A stretch of DNA of 64,000 nt from Dictyostelium discoideum. Taxonomy: Eukaryota. The translations under genes and the position numbers were made by a program. The notes under the pieces are model-generated. The model saw nothing but the letters and a program-made list of their open reading frames with translations, was not told the DNA's origin and searched no databases. Where the stretch lies: NCBI GenBank assembly GCA_000004695.1, contig CM000152.2:5856001-5920000 (forward strand). Direction: 5' to 3'. Below, in pieces: positions 52,362-64,000 of this stretch; the stretch's first letter is position 1, and every line of letters starts with the position of its first letter.

Positions 52362-54463
52362 ATGGACATTTCAGGATTTTTGAAAGAAAATAAAGAAAGT
52401 TTAAAGGATTTAAAAGAAGATGATATTAATGAAATATTAGAAGATTATGAAATTGATAATATTAATGATCCAAAACAAAAAATAAGATTTTTCAAACAAG
52501 TGGAAAATACAAGAAAAAGGTTAAAAATTGAAGAAAAAAATAGAATGTTGGAAGAAGATATAAATAGAATGTATGAAGAAGAAAAAAATAGAATGTTGGA
52601 AGAAGAAAAAAAAGAATTTTTAATAAAAGTGGAAGAAGAAAAAAAAGAATTTTTAACAAAAGTTGAAGAAGAGAAACAAAAATTAAAGACAGAAGTGGAG
52701 GATCTTAAATCAATCATTTTAACTTCTTCAACTAAAAATGTAAATATTCAATTCGAGACTGTTGTTAAATTTAAATTAATTCTAATTAAAAATTATTAAA
52801 AAAATTTATTAAAATCTAGGGTGATTTAAAAGGAACAACTTCATATTCTGAATTGTTTAAAATCAAGAATTCCCTAAAGTTGATAGAAGAAAACTGTGAG
52901 TTCAAAGATTGGAACATACCAAGTGGTATAGAATTAAAGAAACATGTCATCAATTTAGATGATTGCAACCAAGAATCTACCATGCAATCGAAATTGGATG
53001 AATATTTTAAAGATTTTAATAAAAAAAGGAAATTAATTATTACAAATGGAACGAAAATAAAGATTAATAGTATAATAAGCAATAGGTATTGTGATTACTT
53101 TATTAATCAAAAAGGATTTCCATTTGAACCCTATTGGATGCACATGGTTGGTGATATAAAGAAAGGTTCAATATCAAGTGATACAAACCTGGATCAAGTT
53201 CTTAAATATATTGATATAATCGTTGAAAAGTCAAATCATCATGTTTTAAACCGTCCAATGTTTGGTTTCTTAATGAATAAAACAAAAATAAAATTTGTAA
53301 AGTATGATATTGAAAACAATAAATATTATATTACAATCGACTATGATTTAAGAATTGGGTTTCAATACCTTTCAAATATAATGATTTACCTCGAACAATT
53401 TATTAGAAACATTCCAAATAGCTTACAAACTATATTGAAAAACCATACAAATGATTCTGTCGAATTTTATTATGGCGCAACATCTTCAGTTTTCATTGTA
53501 AATAAGGAGTTTGTTTATAAATGGTTTAATTATCCTTATTTTTTTCAAACCGAAGTTAAATATTTAACTTTTATTGATGGTATTGAAGGTACTCCATCAA
53601 TAAAACAACAAAACCAAACTGAAAACTGGATTCAAATATCACCTAGAGGCCAATTGATTAAGAACTTAGAAGGCAAACCCATTGATATTTCCTTTTATAC
53701 TAAGGTATGTAAATTTAATTTACAGTCAATAATTTATAATTATATTTTCTTTTTAAACACTTATTTATAATCTTTTTTTCAATTAATATATATATATTAA
53801 ATTAAAATAGTCTGTCGAAATACTCAAAAACATACATCAAGAGAGGTTATACATAGAGATATTAGATTATCAAATCTTTTAATGGATTCTGGTGGCGATC
53901 CTCTTTTGGTAGATTTTGGTTTTGCAAATTTCACTGAAAATGAAGAATTCTACCAAGGAACAATGAATACTGCTTCAAATAGGATCTATAATATTTTAAT
54001 AAATAATAGAACCAATCATGCATTTTCTGTAGTTGAATCTGATGATTTAGAGTCATTAGTAAAGGTTTATATTATGGAGAATGAACAAGCTGTTAAAAGA
54101 ACTATCAAATCAATACCAAATTCGGAAATTGGATTGTTTCGCACAATGTGGGAATTTTTTAATACAGAATGCTTCCCCCAATACTCCACACTTTTCCAGC
54201 AAGCCCAAAATATAAACTATGAAGAATTGAAAAATGAATTTATTAAAATTGATAAAATAAAAAATACAACCACAACTTCAAATAATAACCAAAATCATAC
54301 AAATATACACAAAAATACCATTGCAAATACAACTTCATACACTAATACCCTTGAAACCTCAACTACTAACCCAAATACAAATACAACTACATCTGATACA
54401 AATACAAGTACAACTTCAACCACTAATACAAATACAACTACATCTAATACCATTACGGCTTAA
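52362..54463 (+). CDS. Coiled-coil plus atypical protein-kinase-like protein, 3 exons: join(52362..52739,52820..53704,53846..54463), about 626 aa
   Basis: Exon 1 is a K/E-rich heptad region (MLEEEKKEFLIKVEEEKKEFLTKVEEEKQKLKTEVEDLK) ending at a GTAAAT donor. Exon 2 follows a ctAG acceptor; its track 'M' is a TTG. Exon 3 starts VIHRDIRLSNLLMDSGGDPLLVDFGFA, a kinase catalytic loop plus DFG. The exon 2/3 acceptor is chosen only to keep the frame. Confidence 0.55.
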
Positions 54464-54686
54464 AGTGTAAATAATATGGTGCCATTGTTAGATACCACAC
54501 TTCATGGGCTATGAACCAATAACCAATAATGTCACTGTCCCATTAATAGCGGGTAATACATTATTTAAAAATTGATTTAATTAGTCAAATTCTACCTAAA
54601 ACTTTCAAATTCCTAGAGCAAAAACAATAGAATAAAAAAATAAAAAATAACTTCAAATATTACTATTTCTCTAAATTCTCAATTTT

Positions 54687-54730
<44 letters not shown>

Positions 54731-55074
54731 AACTAATTTTATTATTAAATTTAGTAAATATGTAAAAATATTACAAAAGTACTATTATGATTTATTTAAT
54801 TAAATATTTTTTATATTATTACATATAAATTTTATATATAATATATATTATTATTAAAATAGAGATATACTATATTATTATATATTAGTTTTGTTATTAT
54901 TATTATATTATTATTATTATTATATTATTATTATTACTATTATTATTATTGCTATTATTATTATTATATTATTATTTTTTATTATTATTTATTATTATTA
55001 ATTATTAATTATTAATTTATTTTCTATTGACTGCACCTTGAGCAACTGTACCAAAAACACCAAGCTTTTAATGG

Positions 55075-55961
55075 TCATTTGAAAGTTTGGAATATGAAAG
55101 CTGATGGAAAAGTAACTAGTGAAGCTAAACCAGAGAAATAAGTTACCAATACAAATGCATGCACATTTGGACACACCTTTCTCACTGCGATATAAGAGAT
55201 TGCACCAAAGAATGCACCTATAATACCTATAAAAATATATAATAATTTATGTGGATCACTTTCAGCATGACTTGCACTTGAACCATCATTATGATCATCG
55301 TGGAAAAGGAATGATGGTTTTGAAATAACTGTAATACCACATAATGATAAGAATGCACATATTGCTTGAACTGGTCCCCATTTCTCTTTTAATAGTACCG
55401 CAGCTAATGCAGCGGTCATAACTGGATTAGTGAATGAAATGATTACAGCTTCTGATAATGGTAAAACTGTGATGGTATAGAAATAAGTGCATAAACCAAT
55501 AGTACCTGAAAGACCACGTAATGATAAGAATAAACGCTTTTCTTTTGGACTAATGGATTAATTTTCAATGGAAATAAAATTAAAAGACAACCTATAAAAC
55601 AATAAAATGACCGAAAGAAAGTAATCTCTAATGATGATAATTCTTTTGAAAGTTGTTTAACTGCTAATGCCATAACTGAAAAAAGACCAGCACTAAGTAC
55701 CAATAAAATAATACCTTGAAATTTAGACCAAATCTCATCCCATTTTTGTAAATATTTATTTCTTTGAACAACTTTAACATTACCATCATCTGTAATTTCT
55801 TCATCATCATTATTATTATTTTCACCACCAGGAGTAGTGGTTAAATTGGAATCAACCTTATTCATTGGAATATTATCGCTATCGTCATCCTCTTCATTAT
55901 TTGCAGCTTCAATATCACGTGGCGATGGTGGCTTTTCAGATGGTGAAACCTGAAGTACCAT
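55075..55961 (-). CDS. EamA-like (drug/metabolite transporter superfamily) membrane protein with an apparent frameshift near 55547..55565
   Basis: The upstream frame (…FFRSFYCFIGCLLILFPLKINP) and the downstream frame (ISPKEKRLFLSLRGLSGTIGLCTYFYTITVLPLSEAVIISFTNPVMTAALAAVLLKEKWG…) both look genuine. They are offset by a 1-nt indel around ttaatccattagtcc. The track splits them as 55443..55961 and 55075..55419. Confidence 0.55.
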
Positions 55962-56370
55962 ATGATCTTCAGAGGCAACACTATATAATAATGGATTAAC
56001 AAATAATTGACTTAATTTTAAACCAGCACTCTTATTTAAATTTGTTGTTGATGATTTTAAACCTTTATTTTCTGGAATTGAATTTGTTGATGTTTTTAAT
56101 ACATTGTTTGGTACTGCATTTGATGATTTATTTAAATCAATTTTATTATTTTGTAATGATTCAAGTTGTTCTTTATTTTTTTTTAATAATGATTTTGTAT
56201 CTTCAATATCATCGAATTGGTTAAAACAAAAAAAATTTTAAAAATTTAGAAAAAAAAAAATAAAAAATAAAAGCCAAATAATGAAAATTTAATTTAAAAA
56301 AACTATTTTTCTTGTTCACCAATGAAGGAGATCAATTTTTTATTTACAATTTTTTTTTTTTAAATTTTTT

Positions 56371-57939
56371 CTAAACTTTTGATTTATTTGGTGAAGGTGG
56401 AGCCAAATCTTTTAAAGATTCAAATTTATCTTTATTTGCTTGATAAACCACTTGAGATTGATTTGAATATTTAAAAAATTGTCTAAAACCTACATCAAGT
56501 CTATCATCATTTGAGAGATAATTAAATAACTCTAAATGATCATTACTTAAGGAATCTAATAATAAAATTTTAACCAAATCTGACTTTGTGAAAATTGGAT
56601 TCAAGAGACGATGTTCAATTTTTGCACTATGATTTTTTAAACTTGATTTCTTTGATAAAAGAAAAGGATACTTTTGATCTAAATATTTGATGATATCTAA
56701 TCTACCAAACTTTGATAATAAACTTAAAAAAGTTAAAAGGAATTGAATTTTTGAATTTGGAAACTCTTGAGGTGGTATCAATCGATATTTAATCATTTCT
56801 TTTGGACCAAATTGATTGTACTTGATCAATTGTAAATCTTTTTTTGAGGGTTTTGATTTTTTCATTTCTTGTTTTAATTTTTCTTTTTTTTCAATTTCTT
56901 CTTGTTTATTTTTCTCTTTTTCTTGGATTTTTCTTTCTTTTTCAAATTCTTTTCTTTGTTTTTCAATATGTTTTTCTTTTTCAATTCTTTTCTTTTCAAT
57001 ATCTTTTTCTAATTTTAATTTTTTCTTTTCTTTTCTATCATCTTTTTTTGTTCTACCTCTTTTAAAATCTATAACCTTATATGGTTTTAGTGTATTATTA
57101 TGATTATCATCATCATCATCGTCATCATCATCATCATCTTTGTTGTCGTTGTCATCATTATCATTTTTTTCATTAATACCATAAGGATTAGTTTTATAAG
57201 TTTCTGATATTAATTCTTTTTTAAAATATTCATCAATTGTTCCAATGATTTTTTCATTTTCATCAAGATTACCATCATTATTATTATTATTACAATTAGT
57301 TGACAATTTACTCAGTGGTGGTTCAATAGTTATATCACTTGTCAGCTTCACTTCTTTATCTAATGTAGGATTATAACTATCATCCATTTCAATATCTTTA
57401 ATCTCTGATTTATTTTGAATAGAATTTTCTAAAGATTTTGAAGTAGTTGTTGTAGTTGTAATTGAAGTTGAAGCTAAAGTTGTAGTTGAGGTTGTTAAAT
57501 TTGATTGATTTTGAATTTTACTATCTACTTTTGGTACTATTAATTTTTGTTGTTGCTGTTGTTGTTGTTGTTCTATTTGTGGTAAAATCTTTTCAAATGT
57601 ATGAATTTCTCTGAATACTGAAAAATAACGTTCCATAAATTTATTTATAAAATCTAAATCACCTCTTTGAATAACTTCATAAAGTAATCTACCACAATGT
57701 TTAAATACTAAATCATCGTTATTATTATTACTATTTTTATTATTTGAGTTATTATTATTATTATTATTACCATCTAAATTATTATTATCTAAATTATTAA
57801 AATAATTTGTTAAAATTTCAATATTAAATAATTGATCACTTCTACCAGTTAAATATAATAAAGCTTTTAAAGTTGGAAAAGTTAATTTACAACGTTTTGA
57901 AATGATATCATTATTTCTAGTTGAAAATATCCAATCCAT
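56371..57939 (-). CDS. Hypothetical protein, 522 aa (poly-Asn, poly-Gln, poly-Asp and a K/E-rich coiled region)
   Basis: ATG at 57939. The frame stays open upstream to 58082, where it meets the stop of the preceding ORF in another frame. Confidence 0.55.
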   Translation of the reverse strand: MDWIFSTRNNDIISKRCKLTFPTLKALLYLTGRSDQLFNIEILTNYFNNLDNNNLDGNNNNNNNSNNKNSNNNNDDLVFKHCGRLLYEVIQRGDLDFINKFMERYFSVFREIHTFEKILPQIEQQQQQQQQKLIVPKVDSKIQNQSNLTTSTTTLASTSITTTTTTSKSLENSIQNKSEIKDIEMDDSYNPTLDKEVKLTSDITIEPPLSKLSTNCNNNNNDGNLDENEKIIGTIDEYFKKELISETYKTNPYGINEKNDNDDNDNKDDDDDDDDDDDNHNNTLKPYKVIDFKRGRTKKDDRKEKKKLKLEKDIEKKRIEKEKHIEKQRKEFEKERKIQEKEKNKQEEIEKKEKLKQEMKKSKPSKKDLQLIKYNQFGPKEMIKYRLIPPQEFPNSKIQFLLTFLSLLSKFGRLDIIKYLDQKYPFLLSKKSSLKNHSAKIEHRLLNPIFTKSDLVKILLLDSLSNDHLELFNYLSNDDRLDVGFRQFFKYSNQSQVVYQANKDKFESLKDLAPPSPNKSKV

Positions 57940-58082
57940 TAATTCGATTTGATTTAAAGTGAATGATTCTATCTCTTCAGGATTTGAATGATTTGTAAAG
58001 ATATTATATTCGAAATTAGTATTATCAATTATAAATTTAATATTTGAAATATCATATCTACTCCAATGTTTACTTGAATTCT

Positions 58083-58274
58083 CTAAGAATTGGTATCACT
58101 ATTAATATTACCACACCAACAATCAATAACATATTTATCAAATTCATAAATTTCAGGTTTTGAAACTATATATCTTGCAGTATTTAATACTTTTTCATTT
58201 ACTAATAATATTTCTTTACTTTGGTCATTATTAATTTTATTTCTATTAATTGTTGGTGATAAAATTGTTGATTG

Positions 58275-58310
<36 letters not shown>

Positions 58311-59450
58311 TAATTGATTATTATTTGAATAATTATTACTATTATTATTATTTGAATTATTATTACTATTATTATTATTTGAATTATTATTATTATTTAA
58401 ATTATTATTATTATTATTGCCAATACCACTACCACCACTAAAATGAATTTTAATTGTTGGAAATTTTAATTTACCATTTAAATTATTAATACCGACACCA
58501 TGATAATAATTATCATTTGTTATAATATTACCATTATAATCTAAATTATTATTATTATTTTCATTTTCATATTGAGATAATAATATTCTATTTTCAAATT
58601 CTTGTAATAATTCAACTCTTCCATAACGATATAAAGTAATGATTGAACATAATTGTTTATTTTTTATATTATTCAATATGAAATTTAAAATCTTTAAAGA
58701 GTAAACATATCTAAATATATTGAAATTAAATTTACTAAAATTCTTTACCGGTAAAACTAATAAATCATTACCATATTGATTAAATACAAATTCTACCAAT
58801 TCTAAATCATCTGTAGTCAACAATAAATTAAAAATAAATAATGGTGAACATTTATTTTCATAAACAATCGCTTGGTCTTTACTATCTTTAATTAAATCAA
58901 TTATAAATTGTTTTTGTTTAATTTTATCATTTTTACAATATTGAAATAAGAAACTACTATTATTTGAATTATTTGAATTATTATTTTTATCATCTTGTTG
59001 TTCTTGTTGTTCTTGTTCTAATTGTATTAAATAAATATCAGAAATTTTATTCTCTAATATAAATCTATTATTATCCATACCACTAAAATCATTTTTACTA
59101 AACCATTTTCTTAATAATCTATATTCACCATATCTAAATGCATCAATTTCAGAATTTTTAAAACAATAACAAAAATTAAAATCTAAATTATTGTTATTGT
59201 TTTCAGAATTTAAAAAATTTTCTCTATCAAAATTCATAAAATATTTTTGACTTTTTTGATTTAAAATTGAATAATACATTAATAATAATCTATTTATAAT
59301 TTCTTTAATTTCTTTATTTTCATTACCTGCAATCAATGACTCAATTTTTTTACTTTTAATATCTTTTGATAATTTATTTGAAATTTCAATTAATTCTAAA
59401 TTTGAAATTGAATAAAATTCATTATTAAAATTATTTTTAGAATCTTCTTT

Positions 59451-59520
<70 letters not shown>

Positions 59521-59924
59521 GAAGATTTTGAAAATTGTTGTTGTTGAGATTGTTGTTGTTGTTTAATAGTTTTTAAAATTTTATATAAATTTAAATTATT
59601 TATTAATTTACAAGATTCAATTAATGATTTAATTTTAAAATTATTTTCAAATGGACATAATCTAAATAAATTAATTAAATATAATGGTTGATCTTGTGGT
59701 ACTTGAAAATTTAATTCTGATATTAAATAATTTAAAACTTTAAATCTTTTTTCAACTAAATTACTTGGTGTATTAAATATTAATTTCCAAATTTGAATTA
59801 AACATTCACTTGGTCCATTTATAATTAATGTTGAATAATTATTAAAAAAATATTTAATAACTTTAAAATGATTATATTTAATTGATTGAATTAATGTACC
59901 TGCATTTGGTATAAATTTATTTGA

Positions 59925-60020
<96 letters not shown>

Positions 60021-60077
60021 GAAAATTTCATTAAAATCATCTTCAATTAAAACTCTTAAAACAGCATACAACCACAT
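58083..60077 (-). CDS. Hypothetical Asn/Gln-rich protein, 664 aa
   Basis: ATG at 60077. Long (AAT)n and (CAA)n tracts separate non-repetitive blocks. Confidence 0.55.
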
Positions 60078-60904
60078 GATATTAAATCAATAATTCTATC
60101 TTTTAAATTAAACATTCTACACCAATTATATTTATATAAATTTCTATAAAAATTTAAATCATCTTTTATAAATGAAAAAAGTGGTAAAATTGTTGATCTA
60201 GTTGTTAAAATACCATCAATTTCACAATTTACTCTTGGAAATATTAAATATTGATTTTTTGACTTTTTTTTTTTTTTTTTTTTTTTTTTATAAAAATTAG
60301 TAATCCACCCCATGTTTTTTTTTTTTGGGTTTTAAAAAGTATCAAAAAAAAAGTTTATAATAATACATACAACTTTATCAATTAATAATTGTTTATGATT
60401 ATTTTTAATCATCCAATTAATTTCAATTGCTTCATAATAATTTTTAGTTTTTTTAAAAAGTAAATTACTATCTCTATTTAATAATGGTGAAAATGTATTT
60501 GATAAAGTATCTAAAAAAGATAAAATCCATCTAAAAAGATATTTATTTTTAATTACTCTCCAAAAGAGTAATTCGAAATTTTCGATATTATCTTTAACCA
60601 TTAAATTATTTGAACCGATTAAAGGTAAATTTTTATGATTATTATTTAAACTATTTTTAATTTCTTGGTTTAATAATTTACCACTATTATCAATATTACT
60701 AATTTCTTTTTTCCCCATTTCCATATAATATTGTTGTCTAATTTGTGAAATTATTTCAGATTTTTTTAAAGCTGGTGAAAAAATTCTACATGATTGTGCA
60801 ATATGATATAATTCATGAAATCCTAATTTTTCAATATTTTCTAAATTAATTTCTTTTATGATATCATTTTTTATATTGTTTTGATTTTGATTTTCACCAT
60901 TCAT
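60056..60904 (-). CDS. Hypothetical protein, 2 exons: complement(join(60056..60262,60371..60904)), about 246 aa
   Basis: The first true ATG is at 60904 (MNGENQNQ…); the track 'M' at 60940 is a TTG. …LLIDKV is followed by a GTATGT donor and a 108-bp intron with an aaaAG acceptor, then SKNQYLIFPRVNCEIDG…SCGCMLF*. The last 22 nt overlap the start of the next gene in another frame. Confidence 0.4.
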
Positions 60905-61205
60905 TGTTGAAAATATTTGTGTTATTTTTAAAACTAACAAAAAAATAAAAAATAAAAAAAAAGTTTAAAAAAAAAGTAAAAAATGAAAATAAAAAAAAAA
61001 ATTAAAAAATGAAAAAAAAAAAAATGAAAATAATGCAAAGTGATGGAATTTAATTTAAAAAAAAAAAAAAAAAATATTTTTTTAAAAATAATTTAATTTT
61101 ATTTATTTTTAATCATATGAGTTTAGTATAGATAAATAGAACACTCAAAAATATACAAAATTATATAAAAAATAAAAAAAATGAATGTAATCATTCTATT
61201 TTAAG

Positions 61206-61258
<53 letters not shown>

Positions 61259-61327
61259 ATATATACAGATAAAATTAATTCACTTTTTACCTTTTTTTTA
61301 CTTTTTTAATATTTATTTATACCTTTT

Positions 61328-62251
61328 TTATTTTTTATTTTTATTATTGAATAAAAAAGGAAAATTAATTGAAAATAAACCAGAAGTTACAATTGCAGCA
61401 GTTTCCATACGTAAAATTGTATTTCCTAATTTTGAAATATAAAAATTACTATCATTTCTTTTATCTATAGTTTGTTGTAATTGATTAATTTCATTATTTG
61501 TAAAACCTCCTTCAGGTCCAATTAAAATTAATGTATCTCTAACATTATTATTATTATTTTCTTTAATTTCATTAAAAATTAATGGTAATGGTTTACCATT
61601 TGGATCAAATAAAAAAATATGAGAATATTTTGATTGTTTTATAGTATCAATATTAAATTTATCTTTTAAAAATTGTTTATATGGTTGTGGTGGTATTATA
61701 TTCATTAAATGGTTATTTTTTGATTGTTTTGATGATTCAATGATAATACGTTCAAATCTATCAAGTTTATTTGAAGTTAATGATCCTGACGATGGTGATG
61801 ATTTTGAATATTCACTCTCTAAAAGGAATAAATTCTTTACACCAATTTCTGTTAGTTTCTCTATCATCCATTCAGCTCTCTGTATTTTTGGTAATGATGT
61901 TGCCAAATCAATATTAATATTAATATCAATATTATTATTATCATTATTATTATTCATATTTATAATTTCATCAATATCTTCTTTATTATTATTACTATTT
62001 TCATTAATTATTGAATTTTTATTATCTTTTTTTAAAGCTTTATTACTATCTAATTGTAATTTTATTTTAGTTTCATTTTTACCAATATCTATAATTGTTG
62101 CTTGACAGTTTTGACCATTTGAATCAAATACTTCAATAACATTGCCAACTTTTAATCTTAGACTCTTTTTTAAATGACTATGTTGTTGACCACTTAATAA
62201 AAGTGATCCGCCATTAACAAATGGAATATTATTAATAAAAAATCGTCTCAT
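61328..62251 (-). CDS. RsmE-family 16S rRNA (m3U) methyltransferase, 307 aa
   Basis: …LPKIQRAEWMIEKLTEIGV…ILIGPEGGFTNNEI…LGNTILRMETAAIV are RsmE/DUF558 signature blocks. An Asn-rich insertion lies in the middle. Confidence 0.8.
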   Translation of the reverse strand: MRRFFINNIPFVNGGSLLLSGQQHSHLKKSLRLKVGNVIEVFDSNGQNCQATIIDIGKNETKIKLQLDSNKALKKDNKNSIINENSNNNKEDIDEIINMNNNNDNNNIDININIDLATSLPKIQRAEWMIEKLTEIGVKNLFLLESEYSKSSPSSGSLTSNKLDRFERIIIESSKQSKNNHLMNIIPPQPYKQFLKDKFNIDTIKQSKYSHIFLFDPNGKPLPLIFNEIKENNNNNVRDTLILIGPEGGFTNNEINQLQQTIDKRNDSNFYISKLGNTILRMETAAIVTSGLFSINFPFLFNNKNKK

Positions 62252-62531
62252 TCCAATAGAAATTAAAAAAAAAAAAAAATGAAAAAAAAAAAAAAAACGG
62301 AAATTGGTGCAAAGTTAAAAAAAATAAAGAAATTATATTAATCAAATTATAAACGGACGTTACATTAATACAGATATAAATTATTCAAATTCAGGTTTAT
62401 TATTTATTAAAACCAAACCAGCAATATTTATTATTTTTATAAAAATTTATAAATCAATTGAATATTTTTTTTTTTTTAGGATTTTAAAATTTCCAACTTG
62501 ATCTTCTATTAAAAATTCCATTTTCAAAAAT

Positions 62532-62603
62532 GGCTCCATAGCATAGTGGTATTGCGCTTCCCTAGTAAGGAAGAGGTCATGAGTTCGATCCTCATTGGAG
62601 CCT
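62532..62603 (+). tRNA. tRNA-Thr (anticodon AGU)
   Basis: Acceptor GGCTCCA/TGGAGCC. Anticodon stem CTTCC/GGAAG with loop CTAGTAA. T-arm ATGAG-TTCGATC-CTCAT. T8 terminator. exB box caatGGTTCGActct at about 62635. Confidence 0.85.
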
Positions 62604-62984
62604 TTTTTTTTAAAAAAAAAAAACACAGTTGGGTCAATGGTTCGACTCTTTACAAAATTTTGCGTGGGGAATAATATATAAAAAACAAAAATCAGAGGAG
62701 AGTTGTCCTCTTATCCATAAAACATTTGTAAATATTTATTAGACGGATAAATAAATAGTATAATTAATCAACAACTGTTATTGTGGATATTACGCCACAT
62801 TAACAAACTTATTATTTAATGAAATAAAACTTTATAAAACACTTTATTAAAGTTATGTTGATATAAGCAATTAAAGTAAAATAAATATTTAAAAAAAAAA
62901 AAGATAATAATAAAATAAAATAATAAGTAATTTATTAATTGGATGAAGGTTAAATTTCTCTAAATTATAAAATTTAGAGAACTT

Positions 62985-63170
62985 TAGCTTTAATATGAAT
63001 TCCAAGAATACCTAATAAATTAGCCATTATATCAGCATTGATTAAATTTGTTGATTGATTACCACCAAATGAAGAAGTAATTCCCTTGGTTTCATTATTT
63101 GAATTTACAGAGATTGTTTTGTTTAAAGAATTACCATTATGAATTGAACCAATTCTAGAAATTGAGGCTA
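62985..63170 (-). CDS. Possible 3'-terminal exon of a minus-strand gene whose upstream exons are not resolved
   Basis: Open frame …IGSIHNGNSLNKTISVNSNNETKGITSSFGGNQSTNLINADIMANLLGILGIHIKAKVL* has coding-like composition. No start found within the window. Confidence 0.2.
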
Positions 63171-64000
63171 CATAATTAAATTAAAATTTTAAAATTTAGA
63201 AATCGAGGAGTAAAAATAATTATAAAAATAGATTAAGAAATCATAATATTTATTTACAAATTAGAGTCATTTTTTTAATTTTTTTTTTTTTTTTTTTTGT
63301 TTGTTTGTATTTTTAATTTAATGGTAAAAAAAAAAAAAAAAAAATAATTTATAGAAAAAAAAAAATACATTATTAAGAAAAAATAATAAAAAAATTATCA
63401 ACTATTTAAAAAAAAATACAATAGTTCAGTTATTTACTAAATATATTTGGGATATGTTTTGATTATTAAAGATGTAAAAATATTTAAAAATGGAATAGAT
63501 CAATTTTGTTGAACTTTCTTTCTAAAAATTTAAAATCTAGATTAATTATTCTAATTTCAATTAATAAATAAAATGATTAATCTAACTTTATTAAAAAGGA
63601 AAATAAAAAAACGATATTTGTAAATAGAACAATGTATTAACCCTATTAAAAAAAATTAAAAAATTAAATCTTACTCACTTTTTTTAATTAACCACACAAA
63701 CACAAAGAATTTTTTTTTTTCTCTTTTTAGTTTGAAGATCTACCAAATTCTTTTAATAATCAATGTATATTGTGATATATTTGTTTGTTTTTAATTTTAA
63801 TAAATTATATATTTTTATAGAAGGAAAAAAATTAATTTCAAATAATAGTTACATTTTTTAATATTTCAAACAATAAAAAAAAAAATAAAAAAACGATTAA
63901 TCTGGTACATCCATTGAGCAATTAAAAAATTAAACTGTTTCTAGAATAATTTTAGTTAATTTTATAAAAAAGATGAAAAGAATTACCCTTACACTTTGTA

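Noticed and set aside
57940-58082. Intron linking the 58083..60077 and 56371..57939 ORFs
   Set aside because: The only candidate (GTAATATT…cttAG) would be 30 bp, which is too short. I kept the genes separate but flagged the adjacency.

Overview
This 64-kb window is AT-rich nuclear DNA that looks like Dictyostelium discoideum. The evidence is Asn/Gln/Ser homopolymer-coding triplet repeats, FNIP-repeat genes, short GT..AG introns with GTAAGT/GTATGT donors, a 5-unit polyubiquitin gene, and tRNA-targeted TRE retrotransposons. The reading below uses the supplied ORF track plus my own by-eye splice models. Note that the track's 'M' is sometimes a GTG/TTG codon (52853, 51561, 8132, 60940).

Recognisable genes:
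- a 4-exon cytochrome P450 (minus strand)
- a 4-exon 1-Cys peroxiredoxin with a 35-nt micro-exon
- a polyubiquitin pentamer
- a PEMT-like phospholipid N-methyltransferase (2 exons)
- an RbAp48/RBBP4-like WD40 gene (2 exons)
- a TatD DNase (2 exons)
- a GH20 beta-hexosaminidase
- an RsmE methyltransferase
- a divergent small GTPase
- an EamA-type transporter with a frameshift
- a coiled-coil plus kinase-like gene (3 exons)
- a HIT-like (HxHxQ) protein
- three FNIP-repeat genes
- several Asn-rich hypothetical proteins

RNA genes are two tRNA-Val(AAC), three tRNA-Ser(GCU) and one tRNA-Thr(AGU), all on the plus strand, each with an external B-box downstream.

Two regions (9.5-14.2 kb and 42.4-51 kb) are retrotransposon nests. 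Five minus-strand TRE5-type non-LTR elements lie with their 5' ends about 50 bp upstream of tRNA genes, including a TRE5-A with a 444-aa ORF1, TRE5-A ORF2 fragments and a second TRE family. One plus-strand TRE3-type fragment lies downstream of a tRNA-Ser.

The hunt findings worth a second look are:
- arrays of 39-bp units derived from the tRNA-Ser 5' end plus leader, abutting TRE poly(A) ends
- poly(A)-only insertion footprints
- a 1.3-kb segment bounded by perfect 39-bp inverted repeats with nested palindromes
- a pair of paralogous micro-ORFs sharing a W-x-P-x-I-x-WRGQGG-[RK]-N C-terminus inside a 4-kb AT desert

The last two are the best candidates for an undescribed system; none is proven.
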